Shown: in pieces, positions 41,001 to 49,286 of the stretch
How positions within the stretch are numbered: position 1 is the stretch's first letter
Layout of the letters: every line of letters begins with the position of its first letter
Virus record (IMG/VR): IMGVR_UViG_3300036715_003254
Location: 32,001 to 96,000 of that record
DNA from: a virus
DNA length: 64,000 nucleotides
Reading direction: 5' to 3' (one strand)
Translations under genes and position numbers: made by a program
The notes under the pieces: generated by a model
Told to the model about the DNA's origin: nothing
What the model saw: only the letters and a program-made list of their open reading frames with translations
The model's database searches: none

Positions 41001-44000
41001 ATCCAAAGGAATTCTTCTTATCAAATAGTTACCACCGTCAGCAACATATAAGTTTGCTTCATTTGCGTCAACAGCAATGTCATAAACAGCTTTAAATCTA
41101 GCAGTAGCTGTAGGAGCTCCATCTGCATAACCAGAAGAGTTATATGAACCAGCTATTGTAGTAACATTTGGATTATTTGGAAGACCTGTTATTTTTCTTA
41201 CTGTATAACCACCGCTATCAACAAAGTAGAATACACCAGAAGCACCAAGACAACCACCTGAAGGGTTATTACAAGTAGCGTTAGATCCTGCTCCGTCTGC
41301 ACCACCAGCTGTACCAACATTCGCTCCAGAAGCACCAGCAATTGTTGAAGTTGAATAAGAGTTATTTATAGCCGCAGATCTAATTCTGTTACCAGCAGCT
41401 TCACAAATATACATAGTCGAATTGTCTGGAGTAAGAATAACATCAGTCGGACCATTCAATCTTGAAGAACCTTGACTACCATCAGCATAACCAGCTGTAG
41501 CGTTTGGAGCAGCAGCACCAACAACAGTAGTAGTAGCACCAGTAGCTATAGTTACCTTTCTAATTGCGTGGTTACCTGTATCAGCAACATATAGATAATT
41601 TCCGTCGTTTGTTACTGCTACACCTTGAGGACCATTAAATGCTGAACCAGCACCGTTAGTACCATCAGTAAAACCAGAAGTACCAGTACCAGAAATAGTA
41701 GAAACAGCGCCTGTACTCATATCAATTTTTCTAATTTTGTGGTTACTAGAGTCGGCTACATAAAGTATACTACCGTATTGAGCAATACCTTTATGGCTGT
41801 TAAATGACGCCGGAGTACCAGATGAATATCCTTGGAAGTTTCCTGAAGATCCAGAAGTAAGACCAGAATATGTAGAAACTTGACCTGTAGCAATTACAAT
41901 TCTTCTGATTGCGTTATTTCCTGTATCAGCAACTAGTAGAGAATCTGAAAGTGGACCTTGACCTAGACAAATTTGTTTAGGTGAATTAAATTTTGCTGAA
42001 GTAGAGTTACCATCAACAAAACCACTAGCTCCACCAGCAAGAGTTTCAACCCTAGCAGTAGCAACATCTATTTTTCTAATCGCATTGTTTCCGCTATCAG
42101 TAACATAAAGAGTATTAAAGTCTTTTGAGAAACATAGAGCAACAGGAGTATTAAATGAAGCGTTTAGACCTTCACCATTAACAAAACCGCTAGAACCTGT
42201 ACCAGCAAAAGTTATAGTATTACCTGTAGCTAATTCTACTCTTCTTATTTTGTTATTGGCAGTATCAGCAACATACATATATTTAGAAGCTGAATCAACA
42301 ACAACATTATATGGAGAGTTAAATGACGCTTGAATTCCAACAGCAGGACCATCAGCAAAACCAGAAGCACCTGAACCAGCAACAGAAGTTATAATACCAG
42401 TTTTATTATCTAGTTTTCTTACTTTATTTCCATCTGTAAAATAAACTGCATTATTTGCTTCGTCTAGATAACAGAAATTTGGAGAAGCAAGAATAGCTTG
42501 AGAATATTGACCAACACCATCCATAGAACCAGTGTTACCGGTTCCAACAATAGTTGAAAGAGCGTAACCTGAAGTTGAAACTCTTCTGATTTTATTTGAT
42601 TTTGTATCAGCAACATAGATATAATCAGCAGTTGGAGATACACAAAGACCTAGAGGACCATTAAGAGTACCATTAGTACCTGTACTGTTATCAGTAGAAC
42701 CAGCAGAACCAGAACCAGCAATTGTATAAACAGCACCAGTTTGAGTCATAATTTTTCTGATTTTATTATTACCTGTATCAGTAACATATAGTATATTACC
42801 AGATTTATCACAAGTAATATCTGTAGGTGAATAGAAGCTAGCATTTAGACCTGTACCGTCAGTACCACCTATTGCACCAGAAGGAGAACCAGCAAGAGTT
42901 GTAGTAGCACCATTTAGTGGATTTACTTTTCTAATTCTTTGGTTACCTGTATCAGCAACATATAGATATTGGTCGTCACAAGTAATGCCTGTTGGTTGGA
43001 AGAATGAAACAGCGCTTCCAGTGTTACCATCAACATTATATTGAGGTCTGTTTATACCTGCATTATCTTGATTTAATTGAGAAACAGCATTTAGACCAGT
43101 ACCAGCTACAGTAGCAACCACCCATTGTGAAAGAGTAGAGTTATAAGTTAGACTTCTAATTTTGTTTGAGTTAGTATCTGCAACATATAGAACGCCGTTT
43201 AGTTGAGTAATACCTTGAGGATAGTTAAATGTAGCAGAAAGACCATTTCCATCAAGAGAAGAATTATCTCCAGAACCAGCGATTGTAGTAACAGTATTAT
43301 TACTCAAATCTATTTGTCTAATCATATTATTACCAGTATCAGCAACAAATAGTTTTGTATTAGTTTGGTCTAGACAAATACCTTTAGGAAGGTTAAATGT
43401 TGCGCTTGTACCAGCTCCGTTTAGAGAACCGAATTGTCCTGTACCAGCAATAGTAGAAACCACACCAGTAGCAATATCGTATTTTCTTATTTTGTTGTTT
43501 TTAGTATCAGTAAAGTATACTGTAGTACCATCAGAACATACGCCTCTAGGTTCATTAACTTCTGAAGCCATAAAGTAACCAGCACCATCAGAGTAAGAAG
43601 CATTTCCATCTCCAGCCATAGTAGAAATGAAGAAGTTATTATTTAGCTCAAGTCTTCTTATTGCGTGGTTTGTTGTATCTGAGAAATATAGACAGTTTGA
43701 AGTTGCATCATATTCCATATGTGAAATGACACCAAAACTTGCTGCCATACCAAAGCCGTCAGTAAGATTTGAGTTTCCGTTTCCGGCTATCAACATAATA
43801 GTATTTGTTATTGGGTCATATCTTTTGATTTTATATGTGTTAGCATCAGCTATATAGTAATATCTACCATCATAAGCCGTAGCAGATACTAGACCAAAAG
43901 AAGCAGAATAAGGAATAGAAATACCATCTCCATAAGAAACTATACCAGCACCAGCAAGAAGATTTACTTCTTTTGTTAGAGTATTAATAGCTCTTATTTT

Positions 44001-45677
44001 TGAGTTTCCTGTATCAGCAACAAATGCAGTTTTACTGTCTTGAGATACAAAAATATCAAAAGGATTGAAGAATGTTGCTAGAACACCTATACCATCAGTA
44101 GAACCAGCAGTACCTGAACCATAAACTGAGAAAACAGTATTACTTCTAAGGTCTATTACTCTTATTTTGTTGTTATTGACATCAGCAACATAAAGTTGTT
44201 CAAATCCGTCAAAAGCTATTCCTGAAGGATAGTTAAATGTAGCAGCATTTACTGGACCATCATAAGAACCAGCAGAACCTGTACCAGCAACAGTAGTTAC
44301 GCCGAAATTTGCTGATTTTAGATCTATCTTTCTAATTTTGTTAGCAGAAGCATCAGCAACAAAAAGGAATTGATTTGTTTCGTCTAATGCTAGAGAAGTC
44401 AATTGACTGAATGTAGCATTTAGACCTTTTTCAGAGTCTGTAGATCCGAATGTTCCAACAACACCAGCTATAGTAGAAACAACATTATTAGTAAGATCTA
44501 TTCTTCTTACAACATTGTTATTTTGGTCAGCAACATAAGCCATATTTGTTGTTTTATCTATACAGATATCAACAGGACTAGCAAATTGAGCTGAAGCAAT
44601 ATCTCCGTCAAGATAACCAGCAGAAGAAATACCTGCTACAGTAGTAGCTGAGCCATCAGCAACACTTACTTTTCTTATACAGTTATTACCCATATCAGCA
44701 ACATAAATGAAACCTGAATAGTAGAATAGTCCTCTAGGTTGATTGAATTTAACCTTTGAAGCGATTCCATCAACATATCCTGGAGTTCCACCAATACCGC
44801 AAAGAGTAATAGTTTTATTATTTGTTTGGTCTATTTTTCTTATACAGTGATTAGCTGTATCAGCAACATAAACATAAGTACCATCGTATGTTACACCTTT
44901 CGGAGTATTAAACATAGCTATTTTTTGATCACCTATATCAGTGTCACAGAAAATAGATGTTTGTGAAATATTTCCAGAGAATGGTCTTACTTCTCCTGTA
45001 GCAACAATATATTTTACTATTGTTCCGACTTGAGTTATATAAAGATCTGTACCATCAGTAGTAACATATCTTGGAGAGTTAAGTTGAGCATTAGTACCAA
45101 ATCCAGGTTTAAAACCAGCATTTCCAGAACCAGCAAGAGTTAAAACTTCAAGAGTAGTAAGGTCAAGAACTCTTAGTTTATGTTGTGCTTGTTGAACAAA
45201 GTAAAGTTTTCCATTCAAATAAGTTATACTTACACCAGATTGAATAGTAGCTGATATTCCTATACCATCTTGAGAACTAGAAGAACCAGAACCAGCAAGA
45301 GTAATTACCTCTCTACTATTTAAATCAATTTGTCTGATTCTACAACCAGCATTTTCTATAACATACAGTTTGTCTGTACCGTTTGTTGTTATACCATAAG
45401 GGTTGTTGAATGAAGCATTTATTCCGAAACCGTCTATTGAAGCATTAGAACCAGAGCCGAAATATGTTTCAGTCATTCCAGTATCCATATCAACAGTTCT
45501 AATTCTGTGGTTATTAGAATCCGCAATGTACAATTTATTACCAACAATTACTTGAGCTGTTGGAGTATTAAAAAGTGCAGTTGCAAAAGAACCATCTTTA
45601 TTAGTGTTAGCTGAATAAAGATTGTTTACTGTTGATTTTGGAACTGAAGGAAAAATTGGAGCAGTGTTTGCACTCAT
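35040..45677 (-). CDS. Giant (3545 aa) NHL-repeat multi-beta-propeller virion protein with an internal Kelch-type propeller
   Basis: Dozens of F..P.GI....LYVAD..N..IRKI....V.T.AG.G..G..DG repeats; LPDGRI..GG repeats at ~39000-39900; RBS AGGAG. Confidence 0.88.
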   Translation of the reverse strand: MSANTAPIFPSVPKSTVNNLYSANTNKDGSFATALFNTPTAQVIVGNKLYIADSNNHRIRTVDMDTGMTETYFGSGSNASIDGFGINASFNNPYGITTNGTDKLYVIENAGCRIRQIDLNSREVITLAGSGSSSSQDGIGISATIQSGVSITYLNGKLYFVQQAQHKLRVLDLTTLEVLTLAGSGNAGFKPGFGTNAQLNSPRYVTTDGTDLYITQVGTIVKYIVATGEVRPFSGNISQTSIFCDTDIGDQKIAMFNTPKGVTYDGTYVYVADTANHCIRKIDQTNNKTITLCGIGGTPGYVDGIASKVKFNQPRGLFYYSGFIYVADMGNNCIRKVSVADGSATTVAGISSAGYLDGDIASAQFASPVDICIDKTTNMAYVADQNNNVVRRIDLTNNVVSTIAGVVGTFGSTDSEKGLNATFSQLTSLALDETNQFLFVADASANKIRKIDLKSANFGVTTVAGTGSAGSYDGPVNAATFNYPSGIAFDGFEQLYVADVNNNKIRVIDLRSNTVFSVYGSGTAGSTDGIGVLATFFNPFDIFVSQDSKTAFVADTGNSKIRAINTLTKEVNLLAGAGIVSYGDGISIPYSASFGLVSATAYDGRYYYIADANTYKIKRYDPITNTIMLIAGNGNSNLTDGFGMAASFGVISHMEYDATSNCLYFSDTTNHAIRRLELNNNFFISTMAGDGNASYSDGAGYFMASEVNEPRGVCSDGTTVYFTDTKNNKIRKYDIATGVVSTIAGTGQFGSLNGAGTSATFNLPKGICLDQTNTKLFVADTGNNMIRQIDLSNNTVTTIAGSGDNSSLDGNGLSATFNYPQGITQLNGVLYVADTNSNKIRSLTYNSTLSQWVVATVAGTGLNAVSQLNQDNAGINRPQYNVDGNTGSAVSFFQPTGITCDDQYLYVADTGNQRIRKVNPLNGATTTLAGSPSGAIGGTDGTGLNASFYSPTDITCDKSGNILYVTDTGNNKIRKIMTQTGAVYTIAGSGSAGSTDNSTGTNGTLNGPLGLCVSPTADYIYVADTKSNKIRRVSTSGYALSTIVGTGNTGSMDGVGQYSQAILASPNFCYLDEANNAVYFTDGNKVRKLDNKTGIITSVAGSGASGFADGPAVGIQASFNSPYNVVVDSASKYMYVADTANNKIRRVELATGNTITFAGTGSSGFVNGEGLNASFNTPVALCFSKDFNTLYVTDSGNNAIRKIDVATARVETLAGGASGFVDGNSTSAKFNSPKQICLGQGPLSDSLLVADTGNNAIRRIVIATGQVSTYSGLTSGSSGNFQGYSSGTPASFNSHKGIAQYGSILYVADSSNHKIRKIDMSTGAVSTISGTGTSGFTDGTNGAGSAFNGPQGVAVTNDGNYLYVADTGNHAIRKVTIATGATTTVVGAAAPNATAGYADGSQGSSRLNGPTDVILTPDNSTMYICEAAGNRIRSAAINNSYSTSTIAGASGANVGTAGGADGAGSNATCNNPSGGCLGASGVFYFVDSGGYTVRKITGLPNNPNVTTIAGSYNSSGYADGAPTATARFKAVYDIAVDANEANLYVADGGNYLIRRIPLDASGNAGNVVTIAGNTSSQSSAGNQDGQGPGGGSYNALIGSVYSLFVDSTGQYLFMADTTNHVIRRMDLTSGDVETYAGINGTYGSADGIRKLAAFNSPIGVACASDGTVYVGDAYNHRVRKINPSTGFVSHVTGSIFAQPGSLDGKYGQQAVFSSYNATGQLPLNGNNICKIGGDVFVADNKNGLRRIASDGTVSTISTKPMFSVCTDGTNVFTLSANCILKYSGTGWTTESTLSGSYNTSTQTTNTCSSTASSNNYYTAGTKNSMVYSAGKIYVQTHDTFRVVDTSTGSAVQLSYNNTQNDCYGYYSPTASIPTFQSALRGLSFISKNVTAIADVRSVKLWNQATGDISILAGSALSGLQDGAQINLVTPTDNYDTFSNYPAKTTKLPDGRIVSIGGSTDGTNGIKTVKIGTVSGNSTTWVASTDFPEAGVIEHSVATLPDGKIIVLGGYTDSSNKTACGSYIGTVSSDNKITWTSISACPNGTADGLLVVSGSNVVYLSSKSSVIGKYTGSDVSWGSLFSALPNSGGGVTGKSAITLPDGRIFVTGGMYSGNCQSEAYIGVLGSDTINWTSVTNLPYTMAYHKSLVLSNGYVVLVGGQTGNGKASALVFFAIISNNTVSYIQGNNLDTAGIVDSLILLSSSDNRVILLGMGSSTSSYTATSEVGYLSIPPTFTSITGITTDGTNFYVCDSSTVRKITQNGIVTTIAGSVMTGFENGTGANATFSTTLNDIVYSSGANCLYVADAGNNVIRRIDLATGIVSIACGNGQTSMGTGEGINASVGTVMAMAYDATNQDLWFTAYSSGDSNAAVRKYNEATQQVITIAGSGNGSVINGNLLSSRFSSTMNGIIVDSKNKKVYVSDTGNNVVRVIDLGFLPYPQVFSYTGSGVSSQTGHVDYVTATGIGKLCSIDKDKFLAITASSLGLVKYDISKNFVSTIISSFADSYSTSPAKMTSSKTALGSFGLSSGYFSVGLDGNIYAYNRANYTITKYDTTTGEFSQFLGTHGASGSASNCPAYKTTFSETGTYNDSISNIVWEDANTVWFFGQPYVRRISFATDDCQTINSSNSYGSTDGQYGSFTIAHIPGAIYDSNDKLIYFTNSNISTAVTTVRSFDVNSYYVETYAGGTKYSGSGASNDGVRLRPLITYPSYLSLSEDGSKLYIGNWNSGDARMRRLDISTNLVDTVLGDGTSGSNDTYGNFTRVGNGVLTPFYKSGKVYFADYANYKVRVYDETTKLTSVVAGSGYSGYTEGKAAVGMFNYPMGIVVDTNGDIYVADSSNNRIRKISNGQITTFAGKGVAGFADGKPSEAMFNNPNGLAWSSDKSTIYVADTNNNRVRYIDKATGKVGTLFGNGSASTVDGIGDSAAINGPMHMVEFEGNLYVTEYSGHRIRKYGLSDKRVSVFAGDGTKGYIDGTGQANTRFNNPWGICVSNNRELYVAEYSNHVIRRIDIDTCTVLLIAGTPPNNSTSDTTYPGNVDGYNTSTKFNYPRGIVCTADGTSLYVADQSNYKIRRVYPQLNVMVQTWAGTGNSGYADGVNLIARMNNPRQFVLDGNGNMFIADSGNNVIRKMKLSTGFLTTIAGDTSGSSSDGTGWGIASDGPKSKFNYPAGIAFDGNFLYVADYSGYRIRKVNPYNGYTTTIAGSGQGFLDGNGTSASFYNPAKLSLDASKENLYIVDVGYSKIRVMDIQSGLVSTLVNTSGKSNSYGIGNIAQVPLNLTIHSQITWISPTQFLIGNSAYVSKVDISSKTLTMELGVGSYPGNCMGKKATYQSTPIGMTKVGSTWYVSDVTKIKTVDDATGISAYFAGNPFGQSGFVDGSGGLSAALFGSIADIKYSASRNALFILDSQYHKVRKIDLTTGKVSTLAGSNFGIAGYSDDTMKLVYAAGPYGSRLDTFKVRPTSTTGSTVVRFFLNNGGDVKIKENNSMIAEISVPSISTTETGAQSEFFYYPNLSLDSGMRVYATLGTATSYGPNSPIAVTVFGGDY

Positions 45678-45703
45678 ATATATTTTTCTCCTATAAAGTT
45701 AAG

Positions 45704-46114
45704 TTAAAAACCACCATAATTGGTAGCAAGAAGTTTGTTTACCGTCATTGAACTGTTTACAACATTTTGATACTCTTCTCCAAGACCTATTTTCTCCCAT
45801 TCGTTTTTATTCAATACATTTAGTGTAGTATTAGTAGAATTGATTTTTTTATAAATCGCTCCATCAAAGACTACTAGAGTATTTACTCTATAAAATGTAT
45901 TTGGTTTAAAAAATGGGATAGAAGTTTGAATAAAAGAAGTACCAGCATCAATTGCGTCGCCTAAAGTAGTGTCACCATTTAGACCAGCGTTTGAAATTTT
46001 TTGATAAGTACAGCCTGACGATACAACAAATATCAACTTACCATTAGGAATTTTATTAATTCCTGTTTCAGTATGATCTTTGAGATACCAAATTGGTTCT
46101 ACATTGTATGTCAT
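45704..46114 (-). CDS. Short adaptor protein carrying the shared N-terminal fibre module
   Basis: MTYNVEPIWYLKDHTETGINKIP..KLI matches the N-termini of ORFs 47774 and 51757. Confidence 0.7.
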   Translation of the reverse strand: MTYNVEPIWYLKDHTETGINKIPNGKLIFVVSSGCTYQKISNAGLNGDTTLGDAIDAGTSFIQTSIPFFKPNTFYRVNTLVVFDGAIYKKINSTNTTLNVLNKNEWEKIGLGEEYQNVVNSSMTVNKLLATNYGGF

Positions 46115-46138
46115 TTATTTACCTACCCTAGAGTTTTT

Positions 46139-46190
46139 TGCGTTACTTGGTATGTCACATTCCGTAAGGAGTTTAACGCAATATATTTAT
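46139..46190 (-). promoter_or_regulatory. Late promoter (ATAAATA) plus conserved structured 5' leader, copy 1
   Basis: The 21-nt core ACTTGGTATGTCACATTCCGT is identical to 51792-51812; closing stem TGCGTTA/TAACGCA. Confidence 0.75.
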
Positions 46191-46268
46191 TTTGTAGGTT
46201 TGATTACACTAAAATTTTTAATAAATAAAAGACACAAACTTTGTTTGTTCGTGTCAATCTTTTAATTT

Positions 46269-46562
46269 TTATACGCCCCAAATACCATAAGCTCTAAATA
46301 CAACTCCGGCAGCAGAAGCACTTACTATAACACTCTCTCCAGAAACTACTATAAGATCTGTTCTTTCTAAAGTATCGTTTGCCGATATTGTTGTTCCTGA
46401 TTCTATTTTATCTCCGCCTATAGTTATATTAATAGTAACAGAATCAGAAGTCGTATTACAAACATTTATAGCCATAGTAGCAGTTTTACCTACAGGCACT
46501 TTACACAAAACTGTATCTGTATTCGCCGCAGGTATTACACTTCCAAATTTTATTCCAGCCAT
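46269..46562 (-). CDS. Small beta-rich virion structural protein (copy 2)
   Basis: Same length as, and mostly identical to, 884-1177; TATAAATA at 46590-46597 on the minus strand. Confidence 0.7.
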   Translation of the reverse strand: MAGIKFGSVIPAANTDTVLCKVPVGKTATMAINVCNTTSDSVTINITIGGDKIESGTTISANDTLERTDLIVVSGESVIVSASAAGVVFRAYGIWGV

Positions 46563-46610
46563 TTTTATTTCCTCCTTTAGTTTTAATATTATTTATAAAA
46601 TATGACCTTC

Positions 46611-46640
46611 AAACCTACTACTGTAAAAGTAGTAGGCTTT
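46611..46640 (-). terminator. Hairpin after the 370-aa fibre gene
   Basis: CCTACTACT...AGTAGTAGG inverted repeat. Confidence 0.55.
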
Positions 46641-46661
46641 GAGCTTATATTTTAAACTCTA

Positions 46662-47774
46662 TTAAAATATACTTTCTATTGCTATTTCATCACCTTTAGA
46701 TAGAGCATCATTGAATGTTAAAGTAGTTCCATCTACAGACCAGTTTGAAGAAGCAAATCTAATACCGTTTTTATACACTACAAAATAAGAACCTTTTGGT
46801 CCATTTAGAGTGACTTTAGTTTGTCCATCGTCGGCTACTAATTCTTGAATATACGTAGGTATTGTACCGCCTGCAGTTATTAGACCTTTGCTGTTGACTG
46901 TAACTGAAGTATAAGTACCGGCTGTAACCACATTAGGTAGTGTAGCTGTAGCGCTAATATCACTTGAACCGTCAAAGGCCGGTGTAGTAAAGGAAATATC
47001 GCCAGTAACAGTTAAAACTCTACCAGTAGCCAATTTAGTCGCAGGAGTACTAGAAATAGCGCTAGTAACAAATTTTGTGGTGGCAATTTGATCTGTATTT
47101 GTTCCCGAATCGGCAGTTGGTGCAGTTGGTGTTCCTGTTAGAGCAGGAGACGCCAATGGAGCTTTAGTACCAACAACAGCAGTTAAAGCAGCGGCAGCTG
47201 ACTCATCATTTGCTAGTTGGTCGGCTATTTCTTTTAGTGTATCTAGTGTTGCCGGTGCGGAATTTACTAGATTAGCAATTGCTGTATCTGTATAAGACTT
47301 AGATGATGCTAATGTAGAAGTATCTTTACCATCTACTTCAGTTTTAGTATAAGCATCAGTAATACCGTAACCAGCAATAGTTGTAGGTTTATTTAGTATT
47401 TGAGCCGCACCACTAGATGCAGTCCAATCAGAGCTTACTTGCGGTCTAGCATTATAGAAAGGTTGAGAACTTATCCAAGTTTTTGTGTCAGCGATAGCAC
47501 CAGTAACGAAAGCTGTAGTAGCGATTTGGTCTGTATTTGTTCCAGCTGGAGCAGTTGGAGCGGTAGGAGTGTCGCCGCCAGCAATACATTTAAAAACGCT
47601 TGAGTTATTTATAACATCAGATATTTTAGTATCAGCTGTTATATTATCGTTACTTATTTTTGTAAAGAATTGTTTAGTACTCTGAATGTATATTAGTTTA
47701 AGCAGAGGTACTTTGTTTATACCTGTTTGATTTACATCATTAAAATACCAAACTGGCGATAAATTGTAAGACAT
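46662..47774 (-). CDS. Short fibre protein: shared N-terminal module, one fibre repeat, gp10-like C-terminal module
   Basis: Everything after about residue 68 aligns by eye with the 1180-4233 protein. Confidence 0.8.
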   Translation of the reverse strand: MSYNLSPVWYFNDVNQTGINKVPLLKLIYIQSTKQFFTKISNDNITADTKISDVINNSSVFKCIAGGDTPTAPTAPAGTNTDQIATTAFVTGAIADTKTWISSQPFYNARPQVSSDWTASSGAAQILNKPTTIAGYGITDAYTKTEVDGKDTSTLASSKSYTDTAIANLVNSAPATLDTLKEIADQLANDESAAAALTAVVGTKAPLASPALTGTPTAPTADSGTNTDQIATTKFVTSAISSTPATKLATGRVLTVTGDISFTTPAFDGSSDISATATLPNVVTAGTYTSVTVNSKGLITAGGTIPTYIQELVADDGQTKVTLNGPKGSYFVVYKNGIRFASSNWSVDGTTLTFNDALSKGDEIAIESIF

Positions 47775-47963
47775 TGTTATTCTCCTTTTTAAATATAACT
47801 TAAAACCTATTAAATATTAGGATTCTAGTTTATATATTTATTGTTCTGATGTCTTCAGTTAACGAGAGTTTTATTAAAGTAAGACAAAGTGTTTTGATTT
47901 TATTGTCTATAATTAGAAGAAAGAATATATAAACCAGTCAACTCCGTTTTATGGAGTGATAGT

Positions 47964-48236
47964 TTACTTATCTTCAACAAGCAATACTGTATCTTTACTG
48001 TATGGAACAATAGGTTTGAAATAAGGTTTTAAGTAAAAGTTTACTACTTTTCCTTTGTGTTCACCATAACAAAGCTTTGCTGTACCTATATACGCACCAT
48101 CTTTTATTTCACAAGACTGTACTACAGCATAATGTGTTCCTACTCTATCGTTTTTCCAGTCAACCCAATTTTGGTAATTAGTTGAGCAACCTGTTAATCC
48201 TAAAAGTACAAAAAAACCGATTATTAACTTTTTCAT
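47964..48236 (-). CDS. Putative lipoprotein
   Basis: MKKLIIGFFVLLGLTGC signal peptide II with lipobox. Confidence 0.75.
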   Translation of the reverse strand: MKKLIIGFFVLLGLTGCSTNYQNWVDWKNDRVGTHYAVVQSCEIKDGAYIGTAKLCYGEHKGKVVNFYLKPYFKPIVPYSKDTVLLVEDK

Positions 48237-48252
48237 TGTTTAATCCTTTTTA

Positions 48253-48600
48253 TTAAAATTTCCAACTAAACTGCGCAGTAATAGCGCTTCCTAATACAGA
48301 ACCAACTGTGTCAGCATAAACATCGTGAATATCTTCTGTTCCGTGACCTGCTGCATCCCATTTCTCTTTAGCAATTCCCACCAAAAGCCCAGAAGCGACA
48401 CCGATAGCAAAAGCTTCAAACTTATTAGCTCCATAGTATCGAGCTAATGCAGTAGCAGTTCCGCTAATAGCAGCAGTGGCAGCGATATGTTTTTGCTTAT
48501 CTTTTTGCTGAAAAAATGGTTCATCAGCGAAAAGCGAAGAAGAAAAAAATATTATCATTATTATTGTTTTTGATAAATTTCTCAACACAGTTTTAATCAT
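48253..48600 (-). CDS. YfiM/DUF2279-like secreted or membrane protein
   Basis: Signal peptide; DKQKH...GIAKEKWD...D..ADTVG pattern; C-terminal aromatic FSWKF. Confidence 0.65.
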   Translation of the reverse strand: MIKTVLRNLSKTIIMIIFFSSSLFADEPFFQQKDKQKHIAATAAISGTATALARYYGANKFEAFAIGVASGLLVGIAKEKWDAAGHGTEDIHDVYADTVGSVLGSAITAQFSWKF

Positions 48601-48851
48601 AGCTAAATTCTCCTATTTTTGAAATATGAAGCGCTTTTTAGTATTTTAATCGCATTTTTATAAACTTTTTTCGAATTCTATTTTTCATATAACTATAAGA
48701 ATTAGTTCAACTAAACTTCTATATAAAATTTTTAATATAGTTTAAAATATTTATATCTATTCATTTGATATTATTTAGCGATATTTTCTCTTTTATTATA
48801 ATTAGTCAATAGTCAAAACAGAAAATTATCAAATAATTATTGATAATTTAA

Positions 48852-48904
48852 TGTGCTTATATCACCGTCCTAAAGGACGGTGTTTTACGCACAAAATGGA
48901 TAAA
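48852..48904. repeat. ~53-bp palindromic element, copy 2
   Basis: TGTGCTTATATCACCGTCCTAAAGGACGGTGTTTTACGCACAAAATGGATAAA. Confidence 0.75.
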
Positions 48905-48961
48905 TAATCTCACACTCTGCTTTCTTTTTCTATAAGTCCAAGATCACTATGTCCGTAGGTA

Positions 48962-49273
48962 TTAGACGTTCGTACCACCAAACTTTTTTTGTAGTGACTT
49001 ATAGACACTTACATAGCCTCTTTCATCTGCTGAGTAAGGAACTTGATAATTGAACTCTTCTATCTTATTGAATACCTGTCTAGTAGTGGCTTCCTGAGCT
49101 GGTATGTTAAGCTCAGCATTTGCCGGCACTGCAGGTACAGCTTCTGTAGTAATGTTATAAACACCAACTAAACTATTCCACCCTTCTCGTTTGCTTCCAA
49201 ACAGTCTATCGATTCTGATATAAGCATCTTTTACTTCTATGCCATTGAAGTTGTAATTTGTTTGTATTGCCAT
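48962..49273 (-). CDS. Fibre-associated small protein (assembly chaperone-like)
   Basis: MAIQTNYNFNGIEVKDAYIRID type N-terminus; follows fibre genes. Confidence 0.5.
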   Translation of the reverse strand: MAIQTNYNFNGIEVKDAYIRIDRLFGSKREGWNSLVGVYNITTEAVPAVPANAELNIPAQEATTRQVFNKIEEFNYQVPYSADERGYVSVYKSLQKKFGGTNV

Positions 49274-49286
49274 TTTATTTTCCTTT

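Noticed and set aside
46662-47774. Diversity-generating retroelement template/variable repeat pair with 1180-4233
   Set aside because: No reverse transcriptase in the window, differences are not visibly adenine-restricted, and both copies are intact genes.
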